A DNA stretch of 64,000 nucleotides. It comes from Candidatus Acidiferrales bacterium (GTDB taxonomy: Bacteria > Acidobacteriota > Terriglobia > Terriglobales > Acidobacteriaceae). The notes under the pieces were generated by a model that was given only the letters and a program-made list of their open reading frames with translations, had not been told where the DNA came from and did no database searches. Below are positions 52,609 through 61,436 of the stretch, piece by piece. Numbering within the stretch: the first letter of the stretch is position 1; each line of letters starts with the position of its first letter. A program made the position numbers and the translations under genes. The stretch covers positions 11,172 to 75,171 of the forward strand of contig DATNLE010000379.1 of the NCBI GenBank assembly GCA_035603035.1. The letters run 5' to 3'.

Positions 52609-53073
52609 CTATTGCTTGTCGTAGACGGAAGTGCTCTTCACCTTCTTGCCCGCCGCATCGGTTCCACTCATCGTGAGCGTGCGGCTCTTGCCGTCAGCAG
52701 AAATTACGATTCGACCGCTCATGGTAACTTTCCCGTCCTTCTTCACAGTCAACTCCAGGTTGCGGTCGTCGATCTGCTTGATGGCGCGTCGATCGGAAGT
52801 CGGATCGCCGGTGACGGGGTAGTCTTTGCCATCGAACTTCCCCGTCCACTCGCTATGGGTAGGCTTCCCTTGACCATCGACGCCGTCCACCGTGGCTTTA
52901 ATGTTGTCGCCCACGGCCTCATACGTCACCGTGAGATTTTTCGGAAGACCGGGACTCAACTTCGACTTGGCTTCGTTGAGCTTCCAAGTCCCCAGGCTTG
53001 GGTTTGCGGCGAAGCACATCACCAGGCCTACAAACAGCATTACGAGCGTCAATACGGTTGATCGTGCTTTCAT
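52609..53073 (-). CDS. Secreted lipocalin-like beta-barrel hypothetical protein
   Basis: GGAGG lies 5 nt upstream of ATG 53073. The signal peptide MKARSTVLTLVMLFVGLVMCFA is followed by GTWKLNEAKSK and an alternating beta-strand pattern (DGKDYPVTG, VISADGKSRTLTMSG). Confidence 0.55.
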   Translation of the reverse strand: MKARSTVLTLVMLFVGLVMCFAANPSLGTWKLNEAKSKLSPGLPKNLTVTYEAVGDNIKATVDGVDGQGKPTHSEWTGKFDGKDYPVTGDPTSDRRAIKQIDDRNLELTVKKDGKVTMSGRIVISADGKSRTLTMSGTDAAGKKVKSTSVYDKQ

Positions 53074-53177
53074 GTTGCCTCCAGGGTGAGAAACGGTTAG
53101 CTCGCTTGCGAGCACCGCATTCTAAACGTCGCTAACCTTTTCCGCAACGCGTCAGAGTTTCGGGGCATTGCGACCGG

Positions 53178-54851
53178 CTAGGCGCGGCATAGTGCTGCGA
53201 CCAGCGTTTCCCGTCGCTGCAGCGCCAGACGATCCATGCGTTTGAAAATCATTCGATAGACACAGAGCGATACTCCCGCCAGCACCAGCAAGAGCAGCGT
53301 GGCGATCCAGGAATTACCGAAGTAGCGTGCTATTGAAAAAACGCTAACCCCCATGCCGACGACCACCAGTTGCAAGAGCAAGCCAACGAGTGCTGTCGTC
53401 TGAGAGGCCCTTTGGCCGCCGAATTTGGAGTAGTCCAGTCGTTTCGGCGAGTACAGCGAAAGCACATTGCCCACAGCAAAATTCAAGGGGACAGCGAAGA
53501 GTAGACCAGCCAGGGTTGCGACGGTGATGTCGAGCGCGGGACGGCTGTAGAGGAACGCGACCGCAATCCACGCCACGATCAGCTCGACCACCAGGATGCT
53601 GACATGGGTAAGGTTTTTCGCCAGGACGATGTCGCGGAAACTTACCGGTGAAGCGTAGAAAAACTGTATGCCGCCGGCGTCCCCACCGAAGGTGTTGTAG
53701 ACGAGATTGGTCAACATCAGGAGCATGTATGCTGCGGCGAGGGGAAATGCCAGATCGGGCGCGCGCGTCAAAAAGCTGACCGAGCGCCGGCCGGAATTCA
53801 TGGCGCCGAGGCGGAAGACGAGGAGCGCAAAAATCGGCATGATCAGGGTGATCAGCATGGGGCCACTGCGCAAGAGGTAGCGCACTTCCTTTTCGAAGAC
53901 AGCTGCAACCGGAGTCGCGAAGCCGGGGAGGCTCCAGCCGAGGCGGAGTTGTCGATCGCGGGGCAGAGGGGATGCGGCGGCCGACTCGTTCAAGTTTTCG
54001 CCGCGATACTGCGCCAGCAGGCGCACGTGCAGGCCGCAGCCAGCTAGCGCTGCGAACGCGAACAACAGCGCGAAAGAACTGAGAGCAACCGGCCACTGCG
54101 GATATATGCCTTGCACGATGGCGTCGGCGGCGAGGCCGGGGGGGAGCATGCCCTGTACCGGGGCCAGAACTTCGACGACCTTGTTCACCTTGGGTCGAGC
54201 GCGCTTGCCGTAACGTCCGGTCAATGGCCCGATCAACTGAAAACTCAGCACCAGGAGAACAAACAGAATGCCCATGATCTCGCGGGTGCGGCGCTGCGCC
54301 AGCCAGCGCTCCACCCAGGCGAAGATCATTTGCATGAACAGCAGATTGAAGGCGTCGAACGCAAGGAAGACCAGCAGCGTCCAGGGAAACAATGCTGGCT
54401 TCCGAAAACTCACTCCCACCACGATTCCGAACGACCATAGGCTGCCGATCACGCTGGCGGGATCGAATGCCCCGTAAGCCAGCCGCACTAGAAAATACGA
54501 GCCATAGCTGAGAGGGAAGCGCAGCAAATCGGAAGAGTCGGCATTGTTGCCGAAGGCAGTTGCCATGACGGGGAAAATTTGCCAGAAGAAAAAGATGATC
54601 CAGAAAAATAAAGTCAGCCATTGCGGCTTGCCTTGCGAGAGGCAAAAAAATGCCAGCAAGCCCATGGCGAAAGAGCCGCCCAGTCCGAGGATGGTAAATG
54701 CGATCGAGACAAGAAGGCGGGAGAGGAACTCCAATTTACCCTGCGTAGTCCGCAGCGCGTTCAGGAACAGACGCCAGCGAAGCCAGGCGATGGCTGAAAG
54801 TTGGGTGCGTCGCCGAAGGCGACCCTCATTCATGATGTCTATCCCAGCCAC
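53178..54851 (-). CDS. Polytopic membrane component of an ABC exporter (putative-ABC-exporter family)
   Basis: 557 aa with about 12 hydrophobic segments. It overlaps the upstream ATPase gene by 13 nt. Confidence 0.7.
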   Translation of the reverse strand: MAGIDIMNEGRLRRRTQLSAIAWLRWRLFLNALRTTQGKLEFLSRLLVSIAFTILGLGGSFAMGLLAFFCLSQGKPQWLTLFFWIIFFFWQIFPVMATAFGNNADSSDLLRFPLSYGSYFLVRLAYGAFDPASVIGSLWSFGIVVGVSFRKPALFPWTLLVFLAFDAFNLLFMQMIFAWVERWLAQRRTREIMGILFVLLVLSFQLIGPLTGRYGKRARPKVNKVVEVLAPVQGMLPPGLAADAIVQGIYPQWPVALSSFALLFAFAALAGCGLHVRLLAQYRGENLNESAAASPLPRDRQLRLGWSLPGFATPVAAVFEKEVRYLLRSGPMLITLIMPIFALLVFRLGAMNSGRRSVSFLTRAPDLAFPLAAAYMLLMLTNLVYNTFGGDAGGIQFFYASPVSFRDIVLAKNLTHVSILVVELIVAWIAVAFLYSRPALDITVATLAGLLFAVPLNFAVGNVLSLYSPKRLDYSKFGGQRASQTTALVGLLLQLVVVGMGVSVFSIARYFGNSWIATLLLLVLAGVSLCVYRMIFKRMDRLALQRRETLVAALCRA

Positions 54852-55657
54852 GAGAGCTCCTGCTCGGTTCGCCGCGAGCCGCCGACGGTGCGCAGGAAAA
54901 TCTGTTCCAGCGTCATCTTTTCGCCCAGTGCGGGTGTAGCGCCGTCGCCGTCTGCGGCGGGCGTCTGTGCCTCAACGCCGGCGCGCAGTTCCTCGAGCGA
55001 TCCCTGTGCCACCAGCCTTCCTCGATGGATGATGGCGACGTGGCTGCACAGGCGCTCTACGATTTCGAGCACATGCGACGTGAGAAAAATTGTTGCCCCG
55101 TGCGCGATCATGCCTTGCAGCATCGACTTCAGGGTTCCGGCGGCGATGGCGTCCACGCCTTCGAAGGGTTCGTCAAGAAACAATACCTTCGGACCGTGAA
55201 TTACGGCGGCGGCCATCGCCAGCTTCTTCTGCATGCCGTGGGAATAGTCGGTGACTAGTTTCTTCGGCTGGTCGGAGAGCTCGACGAAATCGAGCAACTC
55301 GGCGGTGCGCTGGGCGGCGGTTTGGCGGTCAAGGCCGTACATGCGCCCGGCGAAGTTGAGGAACTCCGATCCAGTCAGGCGTCCGAACAACGCCATCCCT
55401 TCTGGGACGACGCCAATTTGCCGCTTTACATCCACGGCATGCGTAGTCAGATCAAGTCCAAGAATTTCAATCCGGCCCGCGCTGGGCGCGAGAAGGCCGG
55501 TGAGCATCTTGATGGTCGTCGATTTCCCGGCACCGTTGGGGCCGAGGAAGCCGAAGAACTGTCCCGGAGCAACCCGCAGATCGATGCCGTCAACGGCAAT
55601 CAATTCTCCGAAGCGGCGGGTCAGGCTTTGGGTGGAGATGGTGGGAGCCGCATCCAT
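54839..55657 (-). CDS. ABC transporter ATP-binding protein (ABC-2/DrrA-like)
   Basis: Walker A GPNGAGKST, signature YSHGMQKK (LSGG-like, degenerate), Walker B LFLDEP and the H-loop TSH are present. Confidence 0.85.
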   Translation of the reverse strand: MDAAPTISTQSLTRRFGELIAVDGIDLRVAPGQFFGFLGPNGAGKSTTIKMLTGLLAPSAGRIEILGLDLTTHAVDVKRQIGVVPEGMALFGRLTGSEFLNFAGRMYGLDRQTAAQRTAELLDFVELSDQPKKLVTDYSHGMQKKLAMAAAVIHGPKVLFLDEPFEGVDAIAAGTLKSMLQGMIAHGATIFLTSHVLEIVERLCSHVAIIHRGRLVAQGSLEELRAGVEAQTPAADGDGATPALGEKMTLEQIFLRTVGGSRRTEQELSWLG

Positions 55658-55741
55658 GAAGAATCTGAATCTAGCACAGGCGCGCTTCTCGCCGGCGAAC
55701 TCTCTGGCAGAAGCAGGTGGCGCTGAAAATCTGGCGATTGT

Positions 55742-55779
55742 TCAAATAAAAAACGCCCGGGCTTTGCCCCCGGGCGTTT
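55742..55779 (-). terminator. Rho-independent terminator downstream of glnA
   Basis: On the plus strand AAACGCCCGGG (55751-55761), a 7-nt loop and CCCGGGCGTTT (55769-55779) form an 11-bp stem. On the minus strand the stem is followed by TTTTTATTTG. Confidence 0.8.
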
Positions 55780-55799
55780 TAAGGCAGAACTGCAACGTC

Positions 55800-57230
55800 T
55801 TAGAACAAGTTCCAGAGGAATTGGTTGTAGACGTCGTGGTGATACTGCACCTCGGGCGCCTTCACGAAGGTTCCCAGCAAACGCGGACAGCGGTCCGCCG
55901 CGGCCTGCTTCAAATCAGCATAGCGGCCTTTCACGTCTTCACCCAGAAGATCTGTCGTCCACTCTGCTTTGCGGAAGTCTTCGAGAGCCGTGTAGATGTT
56001 GTCCGGCAAGTAGCGCTCAGCTTGCCGCAGGTTCTTGATCTTCGAGGTATCGCCGTCGATGCCGCTTTTGAAGATCGACAGCATCACCAGATATGGATTG
56101 GCATCCGGCGCCACCGAACGAACTTCCACACGCATGCTCTTCTCGTTGCCGATGGGAATGCGGATCATCGATCCACGATCCACGGCGGAGGCTTTGATCT
56201 GGTTGGGCGCCTCGAAGTGTGGATCCAGACGGCGATAGGCATTCACGCTGGGGTTCAGCAACAGGCAGATGTCATTGCCGTGAGTAAGGATGCGATCGAG
56301 GAATGCCCAGCCCATCTTGCTGAGTTTTTCTTCGCCCTTCGCGTCCCAGAACAGGTTCTTCCCGTTCTGGCTGATCGAGACATTGGTATGCATGCCGCTG
56401 CCGTTCACACCAACCACCGGCTTGGGAAGGAACGACGCGGTCAGGCCCATGTTGGTCGCGACCTGGCGGCAGATAAGTTTGTAAAGCTGTATCTGGTCGG
56501 CGGCGGCCACGACTTCGCCGTATCCGTAATTGATTTCGAACTGCGACGGCGCAACTTCCGGATGGTCTTTCTCGTTCTGGAAGCCCATCGAGCGCTGCAC
56601 TTCCGCTGTCGTATCAATGAAAGTGCGCAGGGCATCGCCCGGAAGTGAGTGATAGTATCCGCCCGTATTTACGTATTCGAACTTCCCACTTTCGTAATAG
56701 TGGCGCTCCGCGTCGGGCCCCTTGAACAGAAATCCTTCAATCTCGTTGGCCGCGTTAAGGGTGTAGCCCTTTTTCTTGTGCAGGACCTCGGCGTAACCCT
56801 TCAGCACGCCTCGAATGTCGGCGCTGTAAGGAGTTCCGCCCTTGTCGATGACTTCGCCGAAGACGAGCACTTTGCCCGAGCCGAACACGTCCGACGGAGC
56901 AAAGTAGAAGGCGGACCAGTCGATGCCCAGCCGCAGATCGCTTTCGCGCTGGGCTGTAAAGCCGCGAATCGAAGAGCCGTCAAAGGTGAGATTGTCCCAG
57001 CTCTTGATCAGAAACTTCTTGTCGTAATCGAGCATGTGCAACCGGCCTTCGAGATCGCTGAAAAGCACGGTCACAGCCTTGATCCGCTTCTCGTCGGTCA
57101 GATACTTCAGCCGCTCTTCCTGAATCTTGTGGATGGGGACCCGCTTACTGCGCTGTTCCTTCGCCTTCAGATTCATTTCTTCGAGTTCGTCGTAGGTGAG
57201 GGCCAGAAAATTGCGAAGTTCATTAGACAT
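55800..57230 (-). CDS. glnA: Glutamine synthetase family protein with ~50-aa N-terminal extension
   Basis: An AGGAGAC SD is present. The beta-grasp segment VLFSDLEGRLH and the catalytic-domain motifs NGSGMHTNVS, MIRIPIG and EVRSVAPDANPYL are present. Confidence 0.8.
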   Translation of the reverse strand: MSNELRNFLALTYDELEEMNLKAKEQRSKRVPIHKIQEERLKYLTDEKRIKAVTVLFSDLEGRLHMLDYDKKFLIKSWDNLTFDGSSIRGFTAQRESDLRLGIDWSAFYFAPSDVFGSGKVLVFGEVIDKGGTPYSADIRGVLKGYAEVLHKKKGYTLNAANEIEGFLFKGPDAERHYYESGKFEYVNTGGYYHSLPGDALRTFIDTTAEVQRSMGFQNEKDHPEVAPSQFEINYGYGEVVAAADQIQLYKLICRQVATNMGLTASFLPKPVVGVNGSGMHTNVSISQNGKNLFWDAKGEEKLSKMGWAFLDRILTHGNDICLLLNPSVNAYRRLDPHFEAPNQIKASAVDRGSMIRIPIGNEKSMRVEVRSVAPDANPYLVMLSIFKSGIDGDTSKIKNLRQAERYLPDNIYTALEDFRKAEWTTDLLGEDVKGRYADLKQAAADRCPRLLGTFVKAPEVQYHHDVYNQFLWNLF

Positions 57231-57427
57231 AGATGGTCTTCAGTCTCCTATTCGTAGTCTAAATAATATTTTCAGCAAGCAACGCCACCGAAACATGGAG
57301 TTGAAACGGCTGGAGGTGTACCAGAAAGAATATCGCGAGTCTTCATCGGCGACAATCGAAAAAGGTAATGCGAAGCATATGGAAATCTATTCGGCCTAGT
57401 GCACTCGATCGGTGGAAAGTGGCCAGG

Positions 57428-58219
57428 CTATTGAATTTCTAATGAAATCACCGATGCTTTGCCCGTGTCTCCCTCGCCGTAGTGGACTGCCACCTTTTGG
57501 CTGGTCCACGAGCAGGAAACTGGTCGGCGCCAATAAGCGCCAGGCGGTTTCTGTGCGCGATTTGCATCTTCAGGACCTGAGAGCCTGACATAATCGTGAG
57601 TGTGGCCGCGGGGTTGGTCGAACAGTCGAGGGTTACCCAGAGTACCGCGAATGAATTTTGCGGCGCCGAAATTAGTTCCACCCGCCGGCGTAGCGGAAGA
57701 TGACGTGCCGCTTGGAATTGCCGGCTTGGAGTTGCCTGCCGCATCTTCTTTGCGCACCAGCACCACTCCCGCCGGCGGTCCGGAAAGCCCCCCGCCTGTA
57801 GCATCTGCATGAACTGCTGAGCCTGCGCTAGCTAGAGCTGCGCCCACCTGTGAGGCGAGTGCGGGATCATCAGTACCCCGCAGCGATTCGAGCAACGCGA
57901 TCGCCTGATCGGGCTGCCGGTTTGCCAGGTTGTAACGGTAGCTCTCATTGCGGGGACCGATGGCAAGAGCTTTCCGCATCCTAACCAGCGCCTCTACCGA
58001 AAAACAACGGCCGAAGACAGCGCGCATTTGCTCGAAGCGCATGGCGACTTCGCGGCCTCTCTTCTCGCCGGCATCGGTGACGACAGAGAAATGCGGCGAG
58101 CGTATTTCCATCCATTGTGGCTCGCCGGCATAGGCCGAAGGTGGCTTACGGAAAGTGACAAACAGCGAGATTCCCACCAAGCACAGAGTGGCAAGAAGCC
58201 GACCCGAGCGGAGACTCAT
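57428..58219 (-). CDS. Secreted/anchored hypothetical protein (shortened; C-terminal domain apparently disrupted by a compensated double frameshift)
   Basis: ATG 58219 gives MSLRSGRLLATLCLVGISLFV. The N-terminal WMEIRSPHFSVVTDAGEKRGREVAMRFEQMRAVFG resembles acidobacterial MA-peptidase/TPR proteins, but no HExxH follows. See the finding at 57448-57810. Confidence 0.5.
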   Translation of the reverse strand: MSLRSGRLLATLCLVGISLFVTFRKPPSAYAGEPQWMEIRSPHFSVVTDAGEKRGREVAMRFEQMRAVFGRCFSVEALVRMRKALAIGPRNESYRYNLANRQPDQAIALLESLRGTDDPALASQVGAALASAGSAVHADATGGGLSGPPAGVVLVRKEDAAGNSKPAIPSGTSSSATPAGGTNFGAAKFIRGTLGNPRLFDQPRGHTHDYVRLSGPEDANRAQKPPGAYWRRPVSCSWTSQKVAVHYGEGDTGKASVISLEIQ

Positions 58220-58265
58220 GGTGGTCACTCGTCGCCGACATATCCTACACGTCCGGAGGCTCAAG

Positions 58266-59276
58266 TCAATGCACGCCCAATCCGGTTCCCGGCATCAGAC
58301 GGATGATTACACCGAGCGCCGTCAGAACGGCGACATAGTAAACGGTCGCGGCGGGGCTGGGATGCTGCGGCAGTTTTCCGGCTAAAAAGACTTGATATCC
58401 CGCGCCCAGTGCGACAAGAAAAAACATGTTCTCGCCCAGCACCAGCCAAAGAGCCAGAGACGCGGTGAGCAGCACAATGCGCTCCATCTTGCTCAAGGCC
58501 AGCGCGGCCTGCCCGCCATCCAGAACCCAGATGGGAATCAGATTCAGAAGATTCAGCACCGCGCCCGCGCGGGCCAACGCTGCCCAGAGCGGATTTCCCG
58601 TCTGCCACCATAAAGCAGCGCAGGCGACCGCTGCGAAAAAACCGGCAAGCGGTCCGGCCAGGCTGATGGCGGCGCGGGTTTCCAAAGGCACGCCCAGTGC
58701 CTGCCACCGGACGTAGGCTCCCAGGCCGGGAAGGAATACGGGCATATCTGCCGGCAAGCCGCGGCGCTTGATGTCGATGAAGTGCCCCATCTCATGAAGC
58801 AGAATCAGCACCGCGAAGCCGATGCCGAACTTCATTCCCCACATGGCCCAATAGATCCCGATAAAAGCGGCAAAGCTCAGCAGGAATTTCAGCTTGAAGA
58901 CGGCGAACAGAATCGTCTTGCCTTTGGCTAACAAAATCGCGATCGGACCCACCGGCCCCAGGCGCTTCGCCCACTTGTTCTCGCTTGACTCTGGAATCTG
59001 AGACTGCCCGGCAGCGCTCTCCAGCCCGCGAGCGTGTTGCTTGATCCACTCGTACTGTTTAGAACTGCGGGGTAACAGATGCAGTCCCGACAGCCAGCGC
59101 TCGCGTGCTCGCAGCCGCTCTCCTTTGTGCTCCAGCGCTTTCGCCTCCGCTGCAAGACGATCCAATTCCTCGGAGTGAACGAGTGCGTGGCATTTTTCGC
59201 AGACTAGCGCTGCGGGCGCGAGCTCGCGAGCGCAGCGCCTGCAGTTTCGAATCAGTTCAGGCGTGATGGAGGACAC
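58266..59276 (-). CDS. M50 (site-2 protease) family metalloprotease with N-terminal zinc ribbon
   Basis: The N-terminus has CRRC-x12-CEKC. HEMGH (HExxH) lies in a TM segment, followed by NLLNLIPIWVLDGG (NxxPxxxLDG). Confidence 0.85.
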   Translation of the reverse strand: MSSITPELIRNCRRCARELAPAALVCEKCHALVHSEELDRLAAEAKALEHKGERLRARERWLSGLHLLPRSSKQYEWIKQHARGLESAAGQSQIPESSENKWAKRLGPVGPIAILLAKGKTILFAVFKLKFLLSFAAFIGIYWAMWGMKFGIGFAVLILLHEMGHFIDIKRRGLPADMPVFLPGLGAYVRWQALGVPLETRAAISLAGPLAGFFAAVACAALWWQTGNPLWAALARAGAVLNLLNLIPIWVLDGGQAALALSKMERIVLLTASLALWLVLGENMFFLVALGAGYQVFLAGKLPQHPSPAATVYYVAVLTALGVIIRLMPGTGLGVH

Positions 59277-59296
59277 AACCCTTGATATTACGCCCG

Positions 59297-60085
59297 TCAG
59301 CCCGCGCTAATACCCGCCGGCGGCCGAGGTGAAGACGGAAACGGTCCGGCAAGTGCCGACCGTGTTTGTTGAGTGGTTTGCCATGCGATGCGAATCCCTA
59401 TGAAAAGAATGAACAGGCCGATGGTTCCATGGAGGGGGTCGGCCAGCTCCAGAAAAGGTGATGCGAGTCCGAGAAAGGCCAGCTGCAATAATGCTGGGCC
59501 GCGGTTGATCGCAGGTTCAACGGGCGCTGCTTCCGGCGGCCGTCCGGATTCTTTTCCAAACTCGCGCTGTTCATCCGCCAGTTTTTGTTGTTGTTGCTGC
59601 GCGCTACGTTGCGCCTGCTTGTGCTCGCCCGCATAGTGAATCCAGATCGGGATCGCGGCCATTGACACCGCCGCGTAGGTGAGCAAAGCTGCGGTGATCT
59701 GGTAGCGGCGTCCGCCCTGCCCCTTGGATCCTTTCATCATGGCTTTGCCAACCATCCAACCGACGGCCAGAGAGATGTAGCCAATGATGATGCCGGTCAT
59801 GATCTCGAAGGCGGCGTACAAAATCAGCCCCGCAATAGCGGCGCCGATGCCGAACAGAACACCGCGCACATAGGCGGCGTGACTCTCTGTTGGCAGTTCG
59901 GTCTGCGCCTTTTGGGTGCAAGCCCCACACGCCATCTCGCCATTGATCCGGTAATAGCTTCCTGCGATGGGTTGTTGACAGAAGTGGCAGGAGTCGACAC
60001 CAGCCGATCCGAGATACTCGGCCGTCCCGAACTGTGGCGTTGAGTTGTCGAAGCCGCGGTTGTTCATGGCCCGGAACGATAGCAT
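59297..60085 (-). CDS. Zinc-ribbon membrane protein, hypothetical
   Basis: The N-terminus has CHFC-x16-CGAC. Four hydrophobic segments follow, separated by a Gln-rich charged loop (SAQQQQQKLADEQREFGKE). An alternative start is at 60067. Confidence 0.6.
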   Translation of the reverse strand: MLSFRAMNNRGFDNSTPQFGTAEYLGSAGVDSCHFCQQPIAGSYYRINGEMACGACTQKAQTELPTESHAAYVRGVLFGIGAAIAGLILYAAFEIMTGIIIGYISLAVGWMVGKAMMKGSKGQGGRRYQITAALLTYAAVSMAAIPIWIHYAGEHKQAQRSAQQQQQKLADEQREFGKESGRPPEAAPVEPAINRGPALLQLAFLGLASPFLELADPLHGTIGLFILFIGIRIAWQTTQQTRSALAGPFPSSPRPPAGISAG

Positions 60086-60200
60086 ACCGCCTGGCGCCGG
60101 GAAAGAAAGATCTCGCGCTTCCGCAATGCTGCATCAGGGCCGAATCGCTGGCGCGAAGAAGACGGCAGGTAGAGCGAGCACATCTAGCGATCGTAGCGAA

Positions 60201-61310
60201 TCAGGGCTGGGCGTAATAGCCGGTACGCGTGCGCGCTTTGGCGCCCGATTTGTTGGTTTTCACTTCGATCGCGTGGTACTCATTGGCATGGTCCGCGCGC
60301 GCCCCTTCAAATGAGAGAACGTAGTAGGCGTTGGCGTCGGAGGTGCAATTGGCGATTTCTCCAGTGATGTCATTGCTGGAATTGAGGACCCGTCCCCCAC
60401 TTTGCACTGCCAGCACCTGCAGGCTCAGATTGGCCGCCTGCGCCCGACTCGCAAACGGTACCCCTTTCAAGAATTCTTCATAATACGAAATCCGAACGCC
60501 GCCAGCATCTGCCAGGCCTAGTGGATCAATGCTATAAAGGGTTACGTCAGCTGCTCTCAATTCGTTCGAGAGAGCCACAATCGAGTTGAAGAATCCCTCT
60601 TCATCCTTACGAGTGTATTCAATCCGGGGTCCCGTGAGCAGCGGCCATCCCGGACTGAACCAGATCACCAGCTTCCTGCCGGGTTGCTTGGCTTCGTAGT
60701 CCGCGAGAGAAGTGAGCGTGCGAAGCGACAATGTGAAACGCTCTGCCGCACCGTAAATTCCCTGAGAGCGATTAATAATCCGCAGTCCAGTTTCGTATTG
60801 GTCATATAACGCGGCCAGGGCGTTTCCATCGCGAGAAGAACCTTGCTGCATCTTCGTCCCGGTGTCGGCAAAGATGACGAGCGATACTGGCTGAGCGAGT
60901 TTGCCGCCATTCTGCAGCAGAAATTTTTTCAGCTCAGTTCGCTCGTAGGTAACGGCCTGAAAGGAAGCGTTGACGGCATCCACTACAAGAATGATCTCAA
61001 CCGGGGGGCCGGCGTTCTGGGCCGCTTGTTCGTCTACTGCCCGAAACGAGAGGATGTTCTGCGGCCGCTTGTCGTCCTCAACGGTGAAGTCTTCTTTTTG
61101 TAATCCCCGAACCGGCGCGCCGGATTTGTCGGTAACCTGAATATTAAGTTCAATTCGCCGATCAGCCGGTGGAGGGGAAGGGGCTTTTTCCGGCTCGGCC
61201 GGCCGAGGTTGAAGCTGGGGTGGTGGAGTGTTTTGTGCCCGCGAAACAGAGATGGGCAAAACCGAGAGTGCCACCATCAGGACTGAAAGAAACCGAAAAA
61301 ATCGAGGCAT
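60201..61310 (-). CDS. VWFA-related acidobacterial-type secreted protein
   Basis: ATG 61310 has an AAGGTGAG SD and gives the signal peptide MPRFFRFLSVLMVALSVLPISVSRAQ. IELNIQVTDKSGAPVRGLQKEDFTVEDDKRPQNILSFR followed by a VWA-like core fits the acidobacterial VWFA family. Confidence 0.75.
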   Translation of the reverse strand: MPRFFRFLSVLMVALSVLPISVSRAQNTPPPQLQPRPAEPEKAPSPPPADRRIELNIQVTDKSGAPVRGLQKEDFTVEDDKRPQNILSFRAVDEQAAQNAGPPVEIILVVDAVNASFQAVTYERTELKKFLLQNGGKLAQPVSLVIFADTGTKMQQGSSRDGNALAALYDQYETGLRIINRSQGIYGAAERFTLSLRTLTSLADYEAKQPGRKLVIWFSPGWPLLTGPRIEYTRKDEEGFFNSIVALSNELRAADVTLYSIDPLGLADAGGVRISYYEEFLKGVPFASRAQAANLSLQVLAVQSGGRVLNSSNDITGEIANCTSDANAYYVLSFEGARADHANEYHAIEVKTNKSGAKARTRTGYYAQP

Positions 61311-61436
61311 GGGGCTCACCTTCGTTGAGGAGTCTTTCATCGCTGCCCGGCCGTCCCGGACTAGGGAATTCAGATTCAGTTTCCGTGATGGGTACTGACG
61401 ACAGCCGTGGTGTGAATTCAGCAACCGGCACCATTC

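Noticed and set aside
53344-54645. 433-aa same-strand alternative frame inside the ABC exporter permease
   Set aside because: The product is extremely Arg/Pro/Ala-rich and non-membrane. The 557-aa frame gives a coherent polytopic protein coupled to the ATPase.
55251-56648. 465-aa plus-strand ORF spanning the ABC ATPase, the terminator and glnA
   Set aside because: It is antisense to two well-supported genes and crosses an intergenic terminator hairpin. The composition is Arg/Ala-rich.
57273-57289. Possible sigma54 promoter upstream of glnA (minus strand TGGCGTTGCTTGCT)
   Set aside because: The TGG and TTGC elements are spaced 9 nt apart rather than 11 nt, so the -24/-12 register does not fit.
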